DNA from: a virus
Direction: 5' to 3' (one strand)
Length of the DNA stretch: 64,000 bases
IMG/VR virus record: IMGVR_UViG_3300035492_000225
Positions 38,164-48,702 of the stretch are shown in pieces. The position numbers and the translations under genes are program-made. The stretch's first letter is position 1, and each line of letters starts with the position of its first letter. The notes under the pieces were generated by a model. The model made no database searches and was not told the DNA's origin. It saw only the letters and a list, made by a program, of their open reading frames with translations.

Positions 38164-39435
38164 TCAGGAATACTGAGCCAGAGCCTTCTGACCGAAGCCG
38201 AATGCTGCTTTGGCAGTCTTGGCAGCGTAGCCCATGTATTCCGGACCAACGGAACGAGCCAGGCCGGTGATCTTCTTGAAGTCTTTCAGGCTTTCACGAA
38301 CAGCCTTCTTGGCATCGCCTTCTTTGTAGGTGAAACCTTTGATGGCCTTGTCGCCTTCCATATCGATCTTCTTCACCAGCGCATCTTGCTTGGCGATGAA
38401 GTCTTTGGTTTCCTTCTCCAGCTTCTTGAAGTACTTGTTGTCGAATTCACCGATCATCGCGGCAACGTTGGCGATTTCAACGGCGATGGAAACGATCTCG
38501 TTGACGGCCGGAACCGCGATCTCGACCTTTTCAGCCTTCAGTTTGGTCTTGACGACGATCTTCGGCATGCCTTGATCGTTTTCTTCAACCACGCGACCAC
38601 CAGGCATGTTGCCCTGCGGCATGGCGTTTTTGATGGCATTGAACGCATCCAGGTTTTCCTGGGTGTTGGCGCTACCAGAGGCAACGGCACCAGCCAGTTT
38701 CTGGATTTCTTTGGCGGCGACATCGGACGCAGCGGAAATCTTCTTACCGTTGCTGATGACCACTTTCAGACCGGCACCGACGCTGGCCTTCATTTCGCCA
38801 TCAACGTGGAGCAGGTTGGCGATAGCGGTAGCATCGACCTTCTTGCCCTTGGCGTCTTTGCTCTTGGCTTCGCCGGCTTTCTGCTTCAGCAGGGCTGCAG
38901 CACGCTTCAGAGCGGCAGAGGAAGTACCCAGGGTCTTGACGAAGTTGGTGACGGCGTTGAAGGCGTTGATCACGGCGGTCTTGATCGCGTTCCAGATCTT
39001 GGCCAGGGTAGCCTTGGCACCTTCCAGAGCTTCTTGGCTGGCGACCAGCTTGTCACCGGTACCGCCGAAGGATTCAACAGATACGGTAGCCGGGAAGGCT
39101 TCAGCCGGCATGCGGCGCAGAGCGATACCCATGGAGCGGCTGTACAGGTCAGCGGCTTGCGGGTTCATGCCACCATCGGCAATGGCGGATTCCATGGAGG
39201 CGATCAGGGACTCCATGCTTTCGGCAGCTTCTTCCAGGTCTTCAACCACTTCGTCGTGTTCTTCGACGTTGGCGGCTTGTTCCTGTACTTCGTTCAGTAC
39301 TTCGTCCACTTCAACGACAGTGGCTTCAGTAACCGGGTTCAGTTCTTGGTTTTCCAGCGGATCGGCCGATTCCAGGGAAATGTTCAGAGCATTGGCCAGG
39401 ATAGAACTACGCATAGAGGTAAACTCCGTTTGCAA
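38164..39435 (-). CDS. Abundant internal head protein (phiKZ gp93-like)
   Basis: ISLES, SMES x2, SVES motifs; KIWNAIK helix; strongly biased codon use suggests high expression. Confidence 0.75.
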   Translation of the reverse strand: MQTEFTSMRSSILANALNISLESADPLENQELNPVTEATVVEVDEVLNEVQEQAANVEEHDEVVEDLEEAAESMESLIASMESAIADGGMNPQAADLYSRSMGIALRRMPAEAFPATVSVESFGGTGDKLVASQEALEGAKATLAKIWNAIKTAVINAFNAVTNFVKTLGTSSAALKRAAALLKQKAGEAKSKDAKGKKVDATAIANLLHVDGEMKASVGAGLKVVISNGKKISAASDVAAKEIQKLAGAVASGSANTQENLDAFNAIKNAMPQGNMPGGRVVEENDQGMPKIVVKTKLKAEKVEIAVPAVNEIVSIAVEIANVAAMIGEFDNKYFKKLEKETKDFIAKQDALVKKIDMEGDKAIKGFTYKEGDAKKAVRESLKDFKKITGLARSVGPEYMGYAAKTAKAAFGFGQKALAQYS

Positions 39436-39519
39436 ACGTAAATGAAATCAGAAGTGTAGACTGACCTAGGAGCCTACACCTCCGCACACCATACCAGGTG
39501 TTTTGTTGTCAGAAACGTA

Positions 39520-40047
39520 TTACTTATTCGCTTCTGAGGATTCGTGCCAGTGTTCCGGGAGGGGACCACCGACTAACTGCAATGTCATGACCAAATCAGT
39601 CAGACCATCTTCCTTACTGAGCCAGGTACTGATGATCTCCTGAGGTTTACTCTGGACGATCCAACCGTGTTCAGCTGGGTTGATGGCTGCTTCTGCAGTC
39701 TTGGTCAGAAATTGCTTGGGATGGAAGACCATCAAATCACGGTAGTTCTCTAAAGCGAGTTTACGTTCGTGACCATTCAGGAAATCCAAAGTAGAGCGGG
39801 CGAAAGACAGTACCCATAATGAACCACCAACACGTAGTTGTTGGTACAGGATAAACCGACCCTTATCATCGAAGAGCACTTCCTTGGCTACCTTAATGAC
39901 CTTCTCAATAAAGTCGTAGTCATCTTGGAAGTTATGGTTCGTCTCTACATGATGGTACAAGGTCTGTACATCAGGATAGTCCATATAATGGACAGGGCCT
40001 GAGCCGTCTGACACCAGAAAACCACGATGTGTCAGTACTTTCTTCAT
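39520..40047 (-). CDS. Conserved jumbo-phage hypothetical protein (175 aa)
   Basis: ORF, ATGA overlap upstream. Confidence 0.75.
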   Translation of the reverse strand: MKKVLTHRGFLVSDGSGPVHYMDYPDVQTLYHHVETNHNFQDDYDFIEKVIKVAKEVLFDDKGRFILYQQLRVGGSLWVLSFARSTLDFLNGHERKLALENYRDLMVFHPKQFLTKTAEAAINPAEHGWIVQSKPQEIISTWLSKEDGLTDLVMTLQLVGGPLPEHWHESSEANK

Positions 40048-40940
40048 GACAGGTACTTCTCCTCCAGTTTCGCCAATTTCTCAGACTTCTGATTGAGATA
40101 CGATTCGTACGTGGCGATGGTGTGTTCCAACTGGGCATCGTTGCGACCATCTTGTTGAAGACGAAGTTGCTCGATACGCAATTGGATCGAACGGACTTCT
40201 TCTTTCAGACGGTCATAGCGTGCTACCTGGATATGTGCCCACCAGATACCAATATTCAGTGACAGTGTCGAGATACCCGGAATGAAATTGTTCTTCAGAG
40301 GATCCAGTTTCAGAGCACCGACCTGCGGCACAATGACTTTATCGTCATCTTCACCGATGGTGATATCCGGGATATTCTCCAGCAGCTTGGCGATGTCACG
40401 ACTTGGTTTGGAGAAGGTATTCAGAAGAGTGAAGAATGCTTTCTGATTTTCCTTCAGATACCGGAGTTCTGGCTGTGGGCGCTCTTTACCTTCCGCGTGC
40501 TCTTTGGAAGTCACAGAAGCTTCAGCAACCAGAATGTAATGCAGTAATTGGACCGCGTACGTGACGACAAAATCCATGTACCCGATGGTGCGGAGGAGTT
40601 CTGCACGGCGATAAGTGATACCTTCGACTACGATATCATTACCGTAGTTCTTATCGACCAGTCCAGATACCAATTCCACCGTCATGGCCATATTGGTCAG
40701 GACTTGTCGAATATACGCCATGGGCGTCAGTCGGGGCGGCACACGAACCATTTTACTGAAATCCGTCTGGAACTGCTTACCTGCTTTGGACTTCAGAGTC
40801 TGGGTGACCTCTTCAGAGTTGGAGAAAGTGCTGATCGCTTTCTCCAGGGCCTGAGTGAGGATACGGATACTTTGTTTGAGTTCGTCTTTGGTGAAGGACG
40901 CCTTCAGACGACTCAGGAAGGTCTTAATGGACATGGACAA
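40044..40940 (-). CDS. Putative virion/head protein (298 aa)
   Basis: ORF in the head block with a C-terminal coiled coil. Confidence 0.65.
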   Translation of the reverse strand: MSMSIKTFLSRLKASFTKDELKQSIRILTQALEKAISTFSNSEEVTQTLKSKAGKQFQTDFSKMVRVPPRLTPMAYIRQVLTNMAMTVELVSGLVDKNYGNDIVVEGITYRRAELLRTIGYMDFVVTYAVQLLHYILVAEASVTSKEHAEGKERPQPELRYLKENQKAFFTLLNTFSKPSRDIAKLLENIPDITIGEDDDKVIVPQVGALKLDPLKNNFIPGISTLSLNIGIWWAHIQVARYDRLKEEVRSIQLRIEQLRLQQDGRNDAQLEHTIATYESYLNQKSEKLAKLEEKYLS

Positions 40941-40964
40941 GTTTCCCTTAGTGATAATGAGTGA

Positions 40965-41606
40965 TCAGAAACGACCGGAGGGGATTCTCTGGTAATTAGG
41001 GTAATTCGGTGAAATGCAGCGATAGCGAACCAGACCTTTATCACCTATCCCTAGCTTCTCACTGGCTTCTACAGCATTGCTATATTCGACGCCATCGATA
41101 ACAACTCGATACTTGGTCCGCGAATTGGATATCCTCGTCCGTGTCTCATCAGAAACGTCGTGACCCATAAGAGTCTGCGACCTGCGGCGCCTAGTCTCTT
41201 CCGACACAAACTTTCCTCGATGAGATTCGGCTATCTTAGCCTTGGATTCTTTAGAGTGTTTGGCGCCTGACATAGGACAATTAGGATCTAGGGAGATATT
41301 CATAAGCTTCCCTTCTGACGCGTACAGCGCAATAAGTTCAGCTTCTTTCTCTCGAATGTCATCCAACCCACCCTCTACAGGGATAAAATCAAGGATGACT
41401 TCCCCTCCGGAATTGAATACCCTACGAAGATTCTCATTGAAATGATTGGTCCTTGCCCCATGTCGATGTTGAATCATACGGCGATGTAAGTCTACTGTAC
41501 TACCTACATAAACTCTATCATCGGCGGACATCGTATAAACACCCTGCTCTTTACGTTTACACGATGTTCTGTATCCGCCAATTGGATCGACGGCGTCTTT
41601 TTTCAT
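40965..41606 (-). CDS. Free-standing GIY-YIG homing endonuclease with NUMOD3 repeats
   Basis: GVYTM..DDRVYVGST.DLHRRM.QHR, then HSKESKAKI / SEETRRR / SDETRTRIS repeats. Confidence 0.9.
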   Translation of the reverse strand: MKKDAVDPIGGYRTSCKRKEQGVYTMSADDRVYVGSTVDLHRRMIQHRHGARTNHFNENLRRVFNSGGEVILDFIPVEGGLDDIREKEAELIALYASEGKLMNISLDPNCPMSGAKHSKESKAKIAESHRGKFVSEETRRRRSQTLMGHDVSDETRTRISNSRTKYRVVIDGVEYSNAVEASEKLGIGDKGLVRYRCISPNYPNYQRIPSGRF

Positions 41607-41609
41607 ATC

Positions 41610-43052
41610 TTAAAATCTTCCTGGTGCTTTACCCAAGGAATAGCTCTTGAGAATGTCCATCAGTTCTTTACTGTCGGACTTACCGGCGGTACGGATATCA
41701 CGAGCGGTCAACTTCGTCGGCATGTCGATACCACGAGTATAGATGGTAACCGATTCCCAATCCGGATCAACCACTGCCATCAACATGGAGAACGTATGGC
41801 CGAAGATGGCTTGACGGGTCTTGAAGTCTTCCAGGCGACCATTAATCTTGCGTTCCAGTTCAGTGGCGGTTTTGCTATCCAGGACCAGAATGGCAGATGC
41901 AGTGGAAATGGACGGACCGTCTTTGAGGATAGCAGAGACGAGCTTATTGCTCTGATCACGAGCATAGACGGTTTTGTAATAACCTGTCTCATCCTTCATC
42001 ATCGCTGCTCGGTGAGCATCGACACGGTCCATCTGCAGGACGAAGTCAGACCAGAACTTGATTTCACGAGCACGCCATGCACGGTAACGGCTACCGAACG
42101 TAACATCCTTTCCACCAACTGCCAGGGTCTGTGTCATGACACTGGACGGCATGCTGGCAACCCGCAGACGGATGGTGACCGGTACGACGGCCTGCTTACC
42201 ATCTTCACTGATGGTGACATCGATCACATTACCAACACCGAGGTTGGTTACTTTCTCGACATACTGAGCAGCATTCTTGACACCCATGGAATGGTTTTCC
42301 TGGTAGTCCTTGCGCCATTGCTCAACGACTTGCTGAGCCATTTCATACGCTTTGACACCCACTTCCTTTTCCATATTGAGGATGTCTTGGGTGAGTTTAT
42401 CCTTGAGTTTCTGATCTTTTATCCCACTCACTTTGGCTTTGGCCTCAGCGATGCGTTCAGCACGGGTCTTCTTGTTGGCGTTATGTTCCTTCATAGCCTC
42501 CAGAACGACAGCCGTAATCTGGTCCAGAGTCTCGTCGTCCAATCCACCCGCTTCCATGGAAACCCGTTCTTCCAGAATCTCTTTAACGAACGGCATACCG
42601 AACGATGTGAGAGATTCGGTGGAAATCATGTTGCCTATTGCCATGGATTTACCAGCTTCGAGTAAATCACGATCAGTAGCAAACTTATCCAGGCGGCGAC
42701 CGATACTGACGTTATTGATCTTGGTGTCCAAGCTGATCGCCAGCAACCAGTACCCGGTAAACATGTTGTACATGGTGTGGACCACATCTTGGATGAAAGG
42801 TGTGGTCAGGGCACGGTTGTCCATGAGAAGAATCGGTTCAACTCGTGCAGATTGTGTGAATCGTACCAGGTCCTTTGGTGCAGTGCTATTGCCAATCAGA
42901 TCCTTGGCAACCTCGATAGCTTTGCCAGCGGCACTAGCATCGCGCTTGGCATCGATCATACTTTTCACCATCGGAGCATATGTGGCGAGCAGACCACCGA
43001 TGGCAATGGCACCGGTCAACAGGGCACTTTCCTGAGAGACTTGTTTATTCAT
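41610..43052 (-). CDS. Putative virion head protein (480 aa)
   Basis: SQES, STES, SMEA motifs; position in the structural block. Confidence 0.65.
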   Translation of the reverse strand: MNKQVSQESALLTGAIAIGGLLATYAPMVKSMIDAKRDASAAGKAIEVAKDLIGNSTAPKDLVRFTQSARVEPILLMDNRALTTPFIQDVVHTMYNMFTGYWLLAISLDTKINNVSIGRRLDKFATDRDLLEAGKSMAIGNMISTESLTSFGMPFVKEILEERVSMEAGGLDDETLDQITAVVLEAMKEHNANKKTRAERIAEAKAKVSGIKDQKLKDKLTQDILNMEKEVGVKAYEMAQQVVEQWRKDYQENHSMGVKNAAQYVEKVTNLGVGNVIDVTISEDGKQAVVPVTIRLRVASMPSSVMTQTLAVGGKDVTFGSRYRAWRAREIKFWSDFVLQMDRVDAHRAAMMKDETGYYKTVYARDQSNKLVSAILKDGPSISTASAILVLDSKTATELERKINGRLEDFKTRQAIFGHTFSMLMAVVDPDWESVTIYTRGIDMPTKLTARDIRTAGKSDSKELMDILKSYSLGKAPGRF

Positions 43053-43078
43053 GAATCATTCTTCCTTCATTAAAAGGC

Positions 43079-44386
43079 GTGGTTGAGATGATCGACAGTT
43101 ATAGTAACGAGCACAAGTTGATGAAAAGCGTACTTGACACAATTGCCAAGTACGGTGGATTCGATAGCGACGATGCCATGATGCGCAGCATCACACGAGA
43201 ACAAGGTAGTGGTGCCATTGAAGCCCGCTTCCATGATCTGCTAGGTGGATACAACCGTGCCCAGCAGGGCATTGCAGTTCCATCCAACACAGACATGCAA
43301 GGTCTCACCTTTTTCACACGCCCAAATCTGAACTTGTCATACGATAACATCATGGCGTATCGACAATTGTCTGTATTGGGTAGTACTGACCCCTATTCAT
43401 ACAACCGGATAATTCGTCGGATGCTCTGGCCGGATAGTCGTATACCGGTACAGAGAGGGTCTGGATTTGACACTGATCTAGCCAACGACAACGCCATATT
43501 CGACAACCGCCAAGCCTTCATGCCCATTCTTTCCAATGCTCTGGTTAATATGTCAGGTTGGCCAGATCTAACGCTGCACGCACAATCCAGTAACGAAGGT
43601 ATCGCCAAAGAACAATGGATGATGAACGACTCCATTGCCGAAGTAAACGGTCGATTCGATCTGGACTGTACCTTTGAGAACATGTTAGGTGACCCTATAT
43701 CATTGACACTGTTTTCTTGGCTTCTTTATATTGGCGGTGTGTATCTGGGTACCAAGATCCAACCTGCTGGTTACAGTATCATGCAAAATGAGATCGATTA
43801 CCAAACCCGTATCTATCGGTTTGTGATGGATTGGTCTGGTCGATATATTCAAAAGTGGGCTAACTGCGGTGCCGCATTCCCAGTCGGGTTGTCAATCGGG
43901 ACATCGTTTAATTATTCTCGTGACACACCTTATAACGAAAATAATAAACAGATCCAGGCGTCATTTGCCTGCACCATTGCCGAGTATAACGATCCGATCA
44001 CCCTCTGGGAGTTTAATAAACTAGTCGTCATGTTCAACCCTGACATGGGTGAAGATGTTCGATATACCAGAATGATCCGAGTTGACCCTGGTGCTGCCAG
44101 TGATAAGACCGCCATGGAATATATCACCAAACTGGGCATCGATCCCAAAGAGTTCGAGAAGATGGCCACTGTTCGGAAGTTCAACTTCAAGGGCTTCCCA
44201 TTCATTGACCTTAAGCATTATAATGAATTGCAGTGGTGGGTTTATCCCGATGACTTTGTCAAGATTGCTCGTGGGAGTATGGCAAAGGCTGTAGACGGTA
44301 ATCAGACTGTTGCCAGAGAATCTATCACCAGTGATGTTTCAGATATTGATGCAGTGGGTTTTGGTAACACTGACATCATCGTTTAA
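43079..44386 (+). CDS. Putative virion structural protein (435 aa)
   Basis: GLTFFTRPNLNLSYDNI pattern; one of a plus-strand pair as recalled for phiKZ gp88/gp87. Confidence 0.65.
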   Translation: MVEMIDSYSNEHKLMKSVLDTIAKYGGFDSDDAMMRSITREQGSGAIEARFHDLLGGYNRAQQGIAVPSNTDMQGLTFFTRPNLNLSYDNIMAYRQLSVLGSTDPYSYNRIIRRMLWPDSRIPVQRGSGFDTDLANDNAIFDNRQAFMPILSNALVNMSGWPDLTLHAQSSNEGIAKEQWMMNDSIAEVNGRFDLDCTFENMLGDPISLTLFSWLLYIGGVYLGTKIQPAGYSIMQNEIDYQTRIYRFVMDWSGRYIQKWANCGAAFPVGLSIGTSFNYSRDTPYNENNKQIQASFACTIAEYNDPITLWEFNKLVVMFNPDMGEDVRYTRMIRVDPGAASDKTAMEYITKLGIDPKEFEKMATVRKFNFKGFPFIDLKHYNELQWWVYPDDFVKIARGSMAKAVDGNQTVARESITSDVSDIDAVGFGNTDIIV

Positions 44387-47316
44387 TGGAGTTCTTTATG
44401 TCCCGTTCTGAATTGGACAGCATGATCAGTGCTGCCACCACCAACCCCATGGCTGTACAACGTGCCGGTATCGAATATCTGGAGCGCGTAAGTAACGGTG
44501 AGGTAGAGATTGTCGACCCCAGTAACGCTTTCGTATATTTGATGGAATTTGCCAGTACCCTGTTTACCAACCAGCGTCGTAAAGACGAGTTGATCAACAT
44601 GAGACAGTATCCTGAACTGGCCAATAGTCGCAAAGACCTCTATCATCACATGAGTGACATCGATTATCTGGATGTCTTCTCAAAACCTGCAGAAGCATCG
44701 TTAATGCTGATCATGGATTTAGAAGAGATTAAATCCAAGGCCATCGATACAGGTATCAATGGAATCCGTAAACTGGTAATTCCTCGCTACACCAAAATCA
44801 AAGCAGGGGATATCAATTTCCTACTCCAGTACCCAATTGAAATCCGGGTACTGAGCTACGGTGGTATTCAGGTCGTTTATGACAATCGACTCATTTCACC
44901 ATTACAATCGCTGGAATCCAATCAAATTAATTGGGTAATCAACAATTACAATAGCGATCGTACCGAGTTTATCAACCTGGATATCCCACTCCAGCAACTG
45001 GATATGAAGACGTATACTGCTCCTATGTCGGCAGCCAAGACGTTTTCAAAGACGTATAGCTACTCTGACCTGTACCATTACTGCCGGGTATACATGAAAA
45101 ACGGTGATGGTACCTGGACCGAAATGAAGACCACGCACAGTGACTTGGTTTATAATCCGAGCACACCCACAGCGGTACTGAGTGTACTCGAGGATAACAA
45201 ACTCAATGTCAGTATCCCTCAGGTGTACTTCTCGACTGGGTTAGCTAACCGGACCATTCGGGTCGATATCTTCACCACCAAAGGTCCATTGGAACTAGCG
45301 ATTAACGAGTATGCAGTCGAGATGTTCTCGGTTGAATTCAACACCATCGACAATGATGATCACGGTGTCTACACAGAACCAACACCTAAGTTAAACACAG
45401 TGGTTGCTTTGGGTAGCAGTAAAGTATCAGGTGGATCTAGTTCTCTTGGTTTCGCTAAGTTGAAGGAAAGGGTGATTTTCAACTCACTAACCAACGTTGA
45501 GTTACCAATAACCAATGTCCAGTTGAAATCTCAACTGGATCGGATTACTGATATGGGTTTCTCCATTGAGACCGACATCGATAACGTAACCAACCGTTTG
45601 ATCGCAGTCAGTCGTGAAATGCCGATCCCCGAGATCCGAGAGATCAGTACCGGTATGGGGTCGAATGTAGTGACATTGAGTCGTTCCGTCAACCACATCC
45701 TGGCCAACGCTGATGTCGTAGATAATGGTCCGCGTATCACTGTTCTTCCGTCCACACTGTACCGTGATGAGGGTGGTTATCTATCCATCATCCCGAGTGA
45801 AGAGCGTGACAGTATCCTCTCCATGCCACCTGATCTACTGACAACCACTGTCAACAACAACCAATACTTCTACACGCCGTTTCATTATGTCTACGATCTG
45901 ACTGACAATGTCTTCAGAGTACGGCCGTACTATTTCGGCGACCCCACCATCACACGGAAATATTTCGTGGGCGATAATGGTGTCCTGGGTGTAGGTATCA
46001 CCACGAACACACATTCCGTGGTTCGTGATGGTGATGAATGGGTCATTCAGGTAATGACAGGTAGTACCGACAATCTGAAAGAGCTGGATGATGAGGCTGT
46101 GATGGCCCAACTGGCCTTTATCCCTCAGGGTGAGATTGGTCGGGTCTATCTAAACGGTTCTTTACTTGGTCGTGATCCGGTTAGTAAGGAGTGGATCTTC
46201 GAGTTCCGGTTTGGTACTACCTGGGATATCGATAAGAACCATCGCTTACATGTAGTCGGTTTCGAGTCAGAAGGTGTCGCTCCACACAGCTACCCTACGT
46301 CTCTGGATACTGTATTTGATATATTCTACGTAGTCAGAGAGAGTGATCTCGATTATGTAGAGACCAGTGATATCGATGCGCTGGTAGGGGATTTCCTTAT
46401 CAATGAATCGGTGATTGGCATGTATCACGAACAACTGACGATTGGTCTGGGATCATCTCTGGAAGGACTCTGGTCACGAGCTCGTTCTACCATTGGTGAG
46501 GAGCACTATCTTCGTCACACAGTGGATGTTCCTAAACTCTGGGAAACTAACGTACCGGAATACGACCCTGTGACAGGGGCTGTAGTGTTGGAATATGACG
46601 AAGAGAATCGACCGAGTATTGTCTATGCTCATATGGCTGGTGATCCTGTAATGGACAATGGCGAACCCGTCTATGTAGCTCGTGCTGGCGATCTGGTGTA
46701 TGTCAATGGTGCACCCGTGGTATCTGAACCACGGAATATCCTGCGGCAAGTAGAGATGGTGTTGTTCGATGGAGCGTATTACTTCGTCACCAATGCCACC
46801 GACGCTACCTACAAGGTCGAGGTACCAGAGCAAGTTGTTACGTGGGTTAATCAGACACTGAAACCTGTCCGTGAAAAGTTGCTTGAAAACACTACGTTGT
46901 GGTTCCATCCCAAGAGTAATGTGGGTATGGTGCCGGTGGTCAGTGATGAGGGTCTTCAGGTCACCATACAAGCTGCTCAAAGGCTTCTGGTGGAGATTTA
47001 CGTACCTACCTCCGTATATCGCGATGACGCGCTTAAATCGGAGATTAGACGTACTGTACGTGAGGTGGTGAGCAACCAACTCAAAACCGTGCGAGTGCAG
47101 CGTAGTACCATTATCAATGCACTACGTGAGAACATCGGTGATGAAGTAGTTGAGGTTGCTGTACGTAATCTGGGTGGGTCGGCAGACTACGATGTCGTGA
47201 CCATGGTAGATGAATCTGCCAGGTTGTGTATCGGTAAGAAACTGACGCAGTTGCCAGATGGAACGTATGGTGTCGAAGATGCAATCGACATCATGTTTAC
47301 TCAACACGGTGAGTGA
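44386..47316 (+). CDS. Putative baseplate/structural protein (976 aa)
   Basis: Large plus-strand ORF coupled by TAATG to the upstream gene; DPSNAF..LME..YP.LA pattern. Confidence 0.65.
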   Translation: MEFFMSRSELDSMISAATTNPMAVQRAGIEYLERVSNGEVEIVDPSNAFVYLMEFASTLFTNQRRKDELINMRQYPELANSRKDLYHHMSDIDYLDVFSKPAEASLMLIMDLEEIKSKAIDTGINGIRKLVIPRYTKIKAGDINFLLQYPIEIRVLSYGGIQVVYDNRLISPLQSLESNQINWVINNYNSDRTEFINLDIPLQQLDMKTYTAPMSAAKTFSKTYSYSDLYHYCRVYMKNGDGTWTEMKTTHSDLVYNPSTPTAVLSVLEDNKLNVSIPQVYFSTGLANRTIRVDIFTTKGPLELAINEYAVEMFSVEFNTIDNDDHGVYTEPTPKLNTVVALGSSKVSGGSSSLGFAKLKERVIFNSLTNVELPITNVQLKSQLDRITDMGFSIETDIDNVTNRLIAVSREMPIPEIREISTGMGSNVVTLSRSVNHILANADVVDNGPRITVLPSTLYRDEGGYLSIIPSEERDSILSMPPDLLTTTVNNNQYFYTPFHYVYDLTDNVFRVRPYYFGDPTITRKYFVGDNGVLGVGITTNTHSVVRDGDEWVIQVMTGSTDNLKELDDEAVMAQLAFIPQGEIGRVYLNGSLLGRDPVSKEWIFEFRFGTTWDIDKNHRLHVVGFESEGVAPHSYPTSLDTVFDIFYVVRESDLDYVETSDIDALVGDFLINESVIGMYHEQLTIGLGSSLEGLWSRARSTIGEEHYLRHTVDVPKLWETNVPEYDPVTGAVVLEYDEENRPSIVYAHMAGDPVMDNGEPVYVARAGDLVYVNGAPVVSEPRNILRQVEMVLFDGAYYFVTNATDATYKVEVPEQVVTWVNQTLKPVREKLLENTTLWFHPKSNVGMVPVVSDEGLQVTIQAAQRLLVEIYVPTSVYRDDALKSEIRRTVREVVSNQLKTVRVQRSTIINALRENIGDEVVEVAVRNLGGSADYDVVTMVDESARLCIGKKLTQLPDGTYGVEDAIDIMFTQHGE

Positions 47317-47326
47317 TGTGACTAGA

Positions 47327-47364
47327 CAGCATAGAGAGGAGACCTAGGTCTCCTCTCTATGCTG
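47327..47364. repeat. Perfect 38-bp palindrome, CATAGAGAGG family, between convergent genes
   Basis: cagcatagagaggagacc-ta-ggtctcctctctatgctg. Confidence 0.9.
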
Positions 47365-47377
47365 GATATATGAATTA

Positions 47378-48700
47378 TCACGAACCCATGAATTTTTCGA
47401 TCTCACGTGCTGCGCGTGCCATTGCAAACTGGCAGTTATCGCGAATAGATTTCGCAGTCAATACCACCGATTGAACTTGGTCACGAATGATGACGAGTAT
47501 GTTACGGTATTCCCTTAGGGAATCGATGTTTTTCTCTCTCTTGACCATGTTTTCCAGTTCGTAAGTTTGTTTAGACATTACCTCGACCAGTTTCGCTGTC
47601 ATGTTAGGGTCACCCGCAAAAACCGTCTTCTTATGCTTTTCCAAAGCCAAGCCAAGATCAGCCATCACCATTAAAGGATCCATCTTAACGACGAGGTCAT
47701 GTGTTCTAAATGGGGTACCGAATTTTTTCATGGCTGTGCCATGCATTGAACTCAATGCCCTCTGCACCTTCATGATCTGTTCCTGATCATGATAATTTTC
47801 TATTCGGTAGACAGCGACATCAGCCGGCATCTTCGCAGCACCCATGTTCTCGTAGGTGCTACTTACAACCATGACAAATCTAACATAATCGTGATTTTGC
47901 AGGAAATCGCGGGCAGCATTTTCCAATTCCGTAGCGTGACCTAGACTCTTATCAAAGAAATTTTCCTTGTACATGAGAATCATGGCATCGCTAATGTTCT
48001 TATTGAAACGCGCAACGGACGAATCGACAACTACTTTAACAGCTTTAATAGGTGGTGTCGGTGGGTTAGTTTGCACCGCAGCGACGACTTCCTTGACGAC
48101 CTTAGGTGCATTAACAGGAGGGTTATAACGATTACCGTTATCCGCTGCATCGAATGCTTTGGTTGCTTCTGTTTTGAGGGTTGATTCAGTCACCTTGGGT
48201 TTCGCTTTGATATCTTTGGTGACGGTCTCGACAACAGCTTCAGCCTGTTTATTGTGAATACTTGATTTTTTAACCATACCAAGTAGATTACTCAGCTTTT
48301 CTTTGATCCAGGCGATGATCTTTTTAATAGTCTCTATGACCTTATTTGCCATGTCGGAGACTATATTCTCCATCGATACGTCGAAATTCACCTTCGACGG
48401 TACCTCAGTGAAACTGTTGAGTGGTGGAAGGTTTATACTCATACCTTCCATAGATTCGGTAACGTTGTTGAGTAGGATCACATCATCGCGACAAATACCG
48501 CCAGATGCACGGATCTCGTTCACGATTGAGTTGATGGATTCAAGAGATGGAAAGTAATCTCCCACAGTAAACTCAGAGGAAATAGTTTCCTCCATACTTT
48601 CCAAGGAGGCATTGCTTTCCGCCAGCAATTTAAACAATTCTTTATCGGTAACTTCGTTCAACTGCTCTTGACTTACGGTGTAGTCGGTATCAAGTTCCAT
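47378..48700 (-). CDS. Putative internal head protein (440 aa)
   Basis: SLES, SMEG, SMEN motifs; LNSFTEVPSKVNFDVSMEN shared with the neighbour. Confidence 0.7.
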   Translation of the reverse strand: MELDTDYTVSQEQLNEVTDKELFKLLAESNASLESMEETISSEFTVGDYFPSLESINSIVNEIRASGGICRDDVILLNNVTESMEGMSINLPPLNSFTEVPSKVNFDVSMENIVSDMANKVIETIKKIIAWIKEKLSNLLGMVKKSSIHNKQAEAVVETVTKDIKAKPKVTESTLKTEATKAFDAADNGNRYNPPVNAPKVVKEVVAAVQTNPPTPPIKAVKVVVDSSVARFNKNISDAMILMYKENFFDKSLGHATELENAARDFLQNHDYVRFVMVVSSTYENMGAAKMPADVAVYRIENYHDQEQIMKVQRALSSMHGTAMKKFGTPFRTHDLVVKMDPLMVMADLGLALEKHKKTVFAGDPNMTAKLVEVMSKQTYELENMVKREKNIDSLREYRNILVIIRDQVQSVVLTAKSIRDNCQFAMARAAREIEKFMGS

Positions 48701-48702
48701 GA

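Noticed and set aside
38110-39445. 443-aa and 279-aa plus-strand ORFs
   Set aside because: Antisense to a strongly codon-biased head gene; typical mirror ORFs with no RBS or recognisable motifs
41796-43035. 289-aa and 200-aa plus-strand ORFs
   Set aside because: Antisense shadows of 41610..43052
46474-47079. 201-aa minus-strand ORF
   Set aside because: Antisense shadow of the 976-aa structural gene
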